Source: an uncultured virus (IMG/VR IMGVR_UViG_3300025398_000930) (Duplodnaviria > Heunggongvirae > Uroviricota > Caudoviricetes). Taken from it: DNA of 64,000 nucleotides. How positions within the stretch are numbered: position 1 is the first letter of the stretch; the number at the start of each line of letters is the position of its first letter. Shown here one piece after another: positions 58,426 to 64,000 of this stretch. The position numbers were made by a program, and so were the translations under genes. The notes under the pieces were generated by a model. That model was not told the DNA's origin. It searched no databases and saw only the letters and a list, made by a program, of their open reading frames with translations. The stretch is from the IMG/VR virus record IMGVR_UViG_3300025398_000930; one strand, written 5' to 3'.

Positions 58426-58990
58426 TGGTAAAATCTTTTTTAATTGTATCTGTTATTATTTTAACTCTATCTTTTACTGATCCCATCACATAAACAAGTT
58501 TATCTTTAGGCATTGAATGGTGTTTGATATAAAAATCAAATTGCTTTACAACACCATCAAAGAATTCTTTATTTGTACTTCTTTCACCGTCATCTTTAAT
58601 ATCAAGTTCAGGTACAACATAAAAAATCTTATCGTAAGTACCTAACAGTGATTCATAAACAGATAAAGCTGCTTGGTATACATCTTTATTGACCTGTTCT
58701 TTCTCATAAAAATAAGTAGTATATGCAATTCCGTCTAAAGCACCTCTATCTAAGATCCAGTTACCCGGAGTTAGAGCATACTCTAAATGACGAGCCATTA
58801 CCAGATATTGAGTTAAAGAAGTACCACCTTCATTAATAGGTACATTTAAATCTTTAAGACCTCTTGTTAGATTAGTTCTAAAACTAAAATGCTGATCATC
58901 TAAGAACAGATCATCTTTTAGTGCTTTTACTAATGTAGTCTTACCTTGTGAATGAGCGCCACAGATTGCAGCTTTATAGTTTGATCTCAT
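58415..58990 (-). CDS. P-loop nucleotide kinase-like protein (AAA_28/NadR type)
   Basis: GAHSQGKTT, LDRGALD..AY, YD.IFY and DDGER. Confidence 0.8.
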   Translation of the reverse strand: MRSNYKAAICGAHSQGKTTLVKALKDDLFLDDQHFSFRTNLTRGLKDLNVPINEGGTSLTQYLVMARHLEYALTPGNWILDRGALDGIAYTTYFYEKEQVNKDVYQAALSVYESLLGTYDKIFYVVPELDIKDDGERSTNKEFFDGVVKQFDFYIKHHSMPKDKLVYVMGSVKDRVKIITDTIKKDFTNEL

Positions 58991-58992
58991 AG

Positions 58993-59571
58993 TTATTTAT
59001 TTAATAGGCTTTTACGCATAAAGCCAACCCAATTTTGAATTGCTACGCTATGTAAATGTTCAGTAAATAAATCTAAACTTGGATAATCTAAATACAAATC
59101 TTCTGTACTAAAACGCATTTCAGATACAACCCTACCAGCATCTACTTCTGGTATAACTTCATGAACAACATGTCCATGGGTATTGTACTTCTTTTGAGGG
59201 TATGTTTGCCATACCTTAGCTTGAGGGTCTTTGCCTTTTAATTCAGGGTACTTGGTTATAAGTCCTGGGTGTCCGTTATATATTTTAAATTTGCCGCAAA
59301 TTTCTGGTGGTAATATACGAAGATAGCCGTGTAAAGTAATTACATCAGCGTGTCTAATAGCTTCTCTGTATTCTTCTACGGTTGGTTTCTTAGGCAAGAA
59401 AATAAAACGTTCAAAGCATTTCTCTAAAAGACCAGGATTAATCTTATCCATGTCTTCGAAGCTTTTATTAGTTATAATTGCATCCGGAAACCTACCGATA
59501 TGTTTAGATATCTCGTATATCTCAGATCCACTCTGAGAGAAAAAGGTTTTCCAGATTAAGGCACGTTTCAT
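58993..59571 (-). CDS. PurN-like formyltransferase, DpdN-like candidate
   Basis: SQSGS, GYLRIL, NGHPG..P..KG and VHEVIPEVDAG; lies between queF and a TGT-like gene. Confidence 0.8.
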   Translation of the reverse strand: MKRALIWKTFFSQSGSEIYEISKHIGRFPDAIITNKSFEDMDKINPGLLEKCFERFIFLPKKPTVEEYREAIRHADVITLHGYLRILPPEICGKFKIYNGHPGLITKYPELKGKDPQAKVWQTYPQKKYNTHGHVVHEVIPEVDAGRVVSEMRFSTEDLYLDYPSLDLFTEHLHSVAIQNWVGFMRKSLLNK

Positions 59572-59798
59572 ATGTTTAGTCGATAACCTATTGTATTATC
59601 ACTAAAGAAAATTACAAGTGTAAAGTCAACAATACCGTGCTTTATTAGGTAAGGTTTAACATCAGTAAGCTCTCTTACCGGGAGTTCACAATTACGAATA
59701 CAATCCCAAAAACAATAATCCCTAATAGAAATATTATTTGCCAGGAGGTGGGGATAATTAGCATGGACGGAATTAGTTATAGCTTCTAACGTTGTCAT
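59568..59798 (-). CDS. Hypothetical protein
   Basis: 76 aa, overlapping both neighbours by 4 nt. Confidence 0.6.
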   Translation of the reverse strand: MTTLEAITNSVHANYPHLLANNISIRDYCFWDCIRNCELPVRELTDVKPYLIKHGIVDFTLVIFFSDNTIGYRLNI

Positions 59799-60601
59799 CC
59801 ATTAACGTAGTTTCTAAACTCAATTAAATTATTTGCAATGATTTTTTCTTGCATTGCATCTGGTACTACATCTAAAAGGTCTACAAGTTTAGTAGATTCT
59901 TTCTTCCAACTACCTATTGCATCTGTATATCTAACTCTTTTAATACCATGAACAATAGGAGATGAAGTATCTAATGTCTCAATCCAGTTATATTCGGGTC
60001 CTTGATAGAAACTAAACTCTCTTGGATGTGCACAACCTAATAAGTGATGAGGTTTATCTTTATTAATAATACCGTCATTCATTAATTGGTTAAGAGTCAT
60101 AACTCTACCCATCATATAGGATACCCATTTATTAGGGTGAGGGAATAGTTTGAGATAATAAGAATAATCGAATGAAATAGCTAACTTATCTACATCAATT
60201 TCTTGATCTAAAGTTACATAACATTTAACTAATTCTGCGTAAGTCTTACCTTGTATTACACCAATAGTTTTAGAATTATTAAAAAAGTCCCATTCTCTCC
60301 ATAAACATTTCTTAGCAGATTCAATCGTACCGTTACAATCTTCTAATACGTCTGGTATAATGTATTCAGTAGGATTAAGCTTTTCTATCCAGTGAGCGTA
60401 GCGTTTAGGATCGAAAGCTTCGCCGAGTTCGAATGTTGAGCAATCTAATAAAACGTGTCTGCCCATCGCTACACTATCTTCAAAGAACTTGTAATAACTT
60501 GGGATTTCTTCAAACAAATGCGTTAAAGCATAGTCGTAACAGTTATACGTACGAGATATTTCAAGCATACTCAAAGGGGATTCGTGAGATATTTTAATCA
60601 T
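59795..60601 (-). CDS. dpdA: TGT-fold guanine transglycosylase, DpdA-like
   Basis: LLDCSTFE, IIPDV..D...T, GVIQG, HLLG and LDTSS motifs; clustered with queF. Confidence 0.7.
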   Translation of the reverse strand: MIKISHESPLSMLEISRTYNCYDYALTHLFEEIPSYYKFFEDSVAMGRHVLLDCSTFELGEAFDPKRYAHWIEKLNPTEYIIPDVLEDCNGTIESAKKCLWREWDFFNNSKTIGVIQGKTYAELVKCYVTLDQEIDVDKLAISFDYSYYLKLFPHPNKWVSYMMGRVMTLNQLMNDGIINKDKPHHLLGCAHPREFSFYQGPEYNWIETLDTSSPIVHGIKRVRYTDAIGSWKKESTKLVDLLDVVPDAMQEKIIANNLIEFRNYVNG

Positions 60602-60632
60602 AAATACAGTTAATAGTTTAGTAAGTATATAT

Positions 60633-61391
60633 GTGAACTATAATAAATCAAGCTTTTACGTGTATGTATATACAAACCCTTTGAAGCCTGGAAACTTTAG
60701 CTACAAATCTGCGTCATTTAAATATGAACCTTTTTACATCGGTAAAGGTACAGGTAATCGAGCATACAGGCATATTTGGAAATGTAACGGTGGCGATAAT
60801 AGATTAAAAAAATCAGTACTAAATAACCTGAAAGAGTTTAACTTGAAAAACTATATAGTCTTTGTAAAGAGCGGACTAACTCACGATGAATCTATTACAC
60901 TCGAAGCAAAGTTAATATCTGAGATAGGGCAGATCATTAAAGGTAAGGGACCGTTAACAAATATTATGGAAAAGGGTGGTCGCACTTCTTCGTTAGAAGT
61001 TAAGCATAAAAGGCAGGAAGCGCAAAGAAAAGCGTGGACTAATGAGCGTCGTAAGTTGCACTCAGATCGTATGAGAGAGCTTTACAACGCTGAAAATAGT
61101 AAATTAAAAAAAGGACTAACGACACCTCACGACAACAATGGTAAACAAATAAGTCTTACAAGAAAGCGGTTGTTCGCTGAAGGAGCACTTACTACAAAAG
61201 GAAAGTGTAACTCAATGGCTAAGCACTGGCTTTTTATTGATCCTACCGGCAAAGAGTATAGTGTTGTGGGGGAATCTAAAATATTCTGCAAAGAACATAG
61301 TTTACCGGAATGGGCAATGAGAGAGTTAGCTAAAAACAGCGGTAAATATAAAAAAGACAACTGGAACGGGTGGAAATGTTGTTTCAAGTAA
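60633..61391 (+). mobile_element. Free-standing GIY-YIG homing endonuclease
   Basis: FYVYVY..PFYIGKG..R...H..E..LI..LTN catalytic pattern and a basic C-terminal DNA-binding region; inverted relative to the operon. Confidence 0.8.
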
Positions 61392-63948
61392 ACATTTCAA
61401 ATAAGTCTGTTTGTGCTTGATTGTTTACTTGTGGTAACTGCCAGTTAAGAGCTTCATAAACTGCCTTTACTGGAGGTACTATTATTGTATCGAACATTTC
61501 TTCGTAATCAACTTGAAAATCGTTTAATTCTGGTGGAAAACTAACAGGGTAGCAAAGAGTATCGATATTATACTTGTTAGGTGCAATATAAATCTTCTTT
61601 ACCTTACCACCAGACGTAATGCGTTCGTACTTTGTTTCTAACCCCCTATGCTTTAGTAACATATTATACCAAATAGCACCTTTAACGTGATTAGGGGTGC
61701 CTTTAGCTATTTTAAAGCCTTCTGAACGTACTTCATGTTTTTCTAAGTCACTTAAACCACCTCTAATAGCTACATCATCAATAGATAACGACTTAAACCC
61801 ATCATAAACGTCTCTATAAATAGCGTTCGCTTTATTTTGATCTTGTACCAGTAAGCTATTCTCAATAACCTTTTTAATTAATTCTTTAGCTTTCTTAGGT
61901 GTAGTAGAACGCGCAATTTCTACCCCGACGTACTTAAATTTGCTAACATCTGCACCTTCATCGTTTAATACGTGAATGATATAGCGTTTCTTTTCAAGAT
62001 ATACACCTACGTCACAAATAGATTCACGTTTAAAGAAATAGCGAGGATCGATTGAGTTGAGTTTATCTTTAGCCCACTGCTTAATGTTGTTATTAAGGTA
62101 AACTCCCAATTCATCATCAATGAACTTTAAGCCCTCTTTATTAACCTTGTTATCGGTTAATATATTTAACTTCATCTGTTCTAATAGAGGCTGAATAGTA
62201 ACGTGGGTACTATCCGTGTCGTTATATATTGTTAACGACTTACCAGACCAACCAAACTTTTCTTTAGCGTACTGATCAATGATATCAGATGCTTGCTTAA
62301 CCACCGACTGACCAGTAAGAGTGATGCTACCAGCATGATCGCTATCGCAAATAGGACTAAACTTATTAGCAAAAACCCCGTAGATAGAGTTGAGAAGAAT
62401 TTTGATGACGTGCTGGATTGTGTCTGCTCGTTCCATATTAAACTTACACGTTTTGTATTCATCGGTATCGGGGGTTAGTTTACTTAGTTTCTTTTTAAGT
62501 TCGACATATTGGTTTTTGTTTTTAACACGCTCACTATAAAGACCGTCAATCAGAGAAGGTACTACACCTTTCTTTTTCTGTGTGTAAAGTACGTTTGCTT
62601 TAGAAAGAGCGAGTTTTTCACTTTGTACAAACTGTATAAACTTCTCATGAGTTAGCTTATGTTCAGTGTTGTTGTTTAAACGTATAGTAATTTCACTATC
62701 ACTCTTATTAACTATCTTACCAACCTTTGTCTCAGGGGATATATTCAGGGTAATAATAGTATTAGGGTATAGTGAGTTAGCGTCATAACTTACAATAGAC
62801 TTCTGGAGCCCTCTTTCTGGTTCTCTCACAAATCCGCCTTGAATTTCTTCACGTAAAGGTCCTTCAACGAAAGTAGGTATAATCATACCGTGTTTATGTG
62901 CCTCTAACGCAACACACCCAGTAACGATAGATACTTTACCTAAAGCAGCTTCAAACGAAGTTAGACCTTTATAAGCTAACATACGAATGATCTTAAAGAA
63001 TTGTAGTTTCTTCTCCATTCGTACTAATAGGTCAACGTCTTGAATGTTATAATCTACAAAGTTCTTCCAATCGTTCTCAGATAGAGAGGCTAAATTAGTA
63101 GCATTGATAGCCAGTTTACCTTCACCAAGTTCGTGTTGTGCTACAAAGTTTAGAGCATAAGACTCTAACAAACCACGAGCAAAACCTCTATACACTTCAA
63201 GATAATCCATTGCAGATATACCGTGTATGTACCAACGATCTAACTCTTGACCTTTAACAAAAATACCTTTACGGCACCAAAGACTTTTTACCGGTGAAAG
63301 ACGTTTAGCAGCATCTTCACCTAAAAGATTGTTGATACGGTTAATTAAGTAAGGGAAATCGAAAAAGTCTGTATTCCACCCAGATAAGATGTCAGGGTAA
63401 TAGCCGTTTTCCCAGAACTCTAAAAACTTATCTAACAGATTGTACTCACTTGTACACTCAGTGTATGTAACATTACTACGAGTCGGAGTATAAGGCTTAC
63501 AGCCCCAGGTATAAAAGTGTTCAGATAGGTTATCATAAATCGTTATAAGGTTAATAGGGTGTTTAGCATCCTTAGCTTCAGGGAACTCATCTGGTGAATA
63601 AACTTCGATATCAAGAAAGCATACCTTTAACGGGTTAGCAGAGAATTCAGGCTTTTCATACTCTTCTTTAAAGTTTTCAATAAGAAACTGTTGTTCTACC
63701 TGAATATTGTGATAAAGTCTTTTAATTGCACCATCTTGTGCAGCTTTATTACGATCAAAATTACTCTTGAATACTTTCTTCTTTAGTTTAGTATTAAAGA
63801 TAGATAAAGCATCAGCTGTCTCTGCGTTTGTTTCAATATAAAAATAAGGATGGTACGGTGTTTTTTTAATTACACGGTTACCATCCTTATCCCAAGTAAA
63901 GAGATGACAAACACTATCGCGTTGACTATAATATATGTTACGGTACAC
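61384..63948 (-). CDS. Family B DNA polymerase (gp43-like)
   Basis: Exonuclease DIE, GWN..FD and YNIQD; polymerase SYDANSLYP, KILLNSIYG, YNDTDS and KKRY; C-terminal QTDLFEMF clamp-binding-like motif. Confidence 0.97.
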   Translation of the reverse strand: MYRNIYYSQRDSVCHLFTWDKDGNRVIKKTPYHPYFYIETNAETADALSIFNTKLKKKVFKSNFDRNKAAQDGAIKRLYHNIQVEQQFLIENFKEEYEKPEFSANPLKVCFLDIEVYSPDEFPEAKDAKHPINLITIYDNLSEHFYTWGCKPYTPTRSNVTYTECTSEYNLLDKFLEFWENGYYPDILSGWNTDFFDFPYLINRINNLLGEDAAKRLSPVKSLWCRKGIFVKGQELDRWYIHGISAMDYLEVYRGFARGLLESYALNFVAQHELGEGKLAINATNLASLSENDWKNFVDYNIQDVDLLVRMEKKLQFFKIIRMLAYKGLTSFEAALGKVSIVTGCVALEAHKHGMIIPTFVEGPLREEIQGGFVREPERGLQKSIVSYDANSLYPNTIITLNISPETKVGKIVNKSDSEITIRLNNNTEHKLTHEKFIQFVQSEKLALSKANVLYTQKKKGVVPSLIDGLYSERVKNKNQYVELKKKLSKLTPDTDEYKTCKFNMERADTIQHVIKILLNSIYGVFANKFSPICDSDHAGSITLTGQSVVKQASDIIDQYAKEKFGWSGKSLTIYNDTDSTHVTIQPLLEQMKLNILTDNKVNKEGLKFIDDELGVYLNNNIKQWAKDKLNSIDPRYFFKRESICDVGVYLEKKRYIIHVLNDEGADVSKFKYVGVEIARSTTPKKAKELIKKVIENSLLVQDQNKANAIYRDVYDGFKSLSIDDVAIRGGLSDLEKHEVRSEGFKIAKGTPNHVKGAIWYNMLLKHRGLETKYERITSGGKVKKIYIAPNKYNIDTLCYPVSFPPELNDFQVDYEEMFDTIIVPPVKAVYEALNWQLPQVNNQAQTDLFEMFT

Positions 63949-63984
63949 AGGTCATTATTATGTGACCTTTTAATAAAATATCAA
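63949..63984 (-). promoter_or_regulatory. Sigma70-like promoter and inverted repeat upstream of the polymerase gene
   Basis: TTGATA-N16-CATAAT; AGGTCA-N8-TGACCT repeat encloses the -10 box and abuts the GTG start. Confidence 0.5.
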
Positions 63985-64000
63985 GAGAAATATAGTCTGC

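Noticed and set aside
58993..59571. Formyltransferase as a purine-biosynthesis auxiliary gene (purN)
   Set aside because: No other pur genes are in the window, and its position between queF and a TGT-like gene favours base modification.

Overview
A 64-kb AT-rich segment of a large T4-like (contractile-tailed) bacteriophage using the standard genetic code. The left part (1-32.7 kb) is a virion module: large terminase (truncated at the window edge), neck protein, three fibre proteins with long (Gly-X-Ser)n repeats, putative head-packaged enzymes, tail terminator, sheath, tube and tube-fold paralogues, baseplate and spike. The middle (32.7-46.5 kb) holds a seven-gene glycan cluster, an outer-membrane beta-barrel, a tmRNA with an unusually long tag, five tRNAs, two SAM methyltransferases and a ClpP-like gene. 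The right part (47.8-64 kb, minus strand) is a T4-like replication module (RNase H, clamp, SSB, helicase, UvsX, PolB) interleaved with folE, queF, a formyltransferase and a TGT/DpdA-like gene, consistent with 7-deazaguanine DNA modification, plus a free-standing GIY-YIG endonuclease. The most striking unannotated signal lies directly upstream of the tRNA-Thr/Tyr/Glu/Gln array: a 25-codon leader ORF rich in codons read by those tRNAs, overlapping mutually exclusive antiterminator and terminator hairpins. This looks like a ribosome-sensing attenuator that would switch on phage tRNA genes when the matching host tRNAs fail. All protein calls come from motif recognition and gene order, not database searches.
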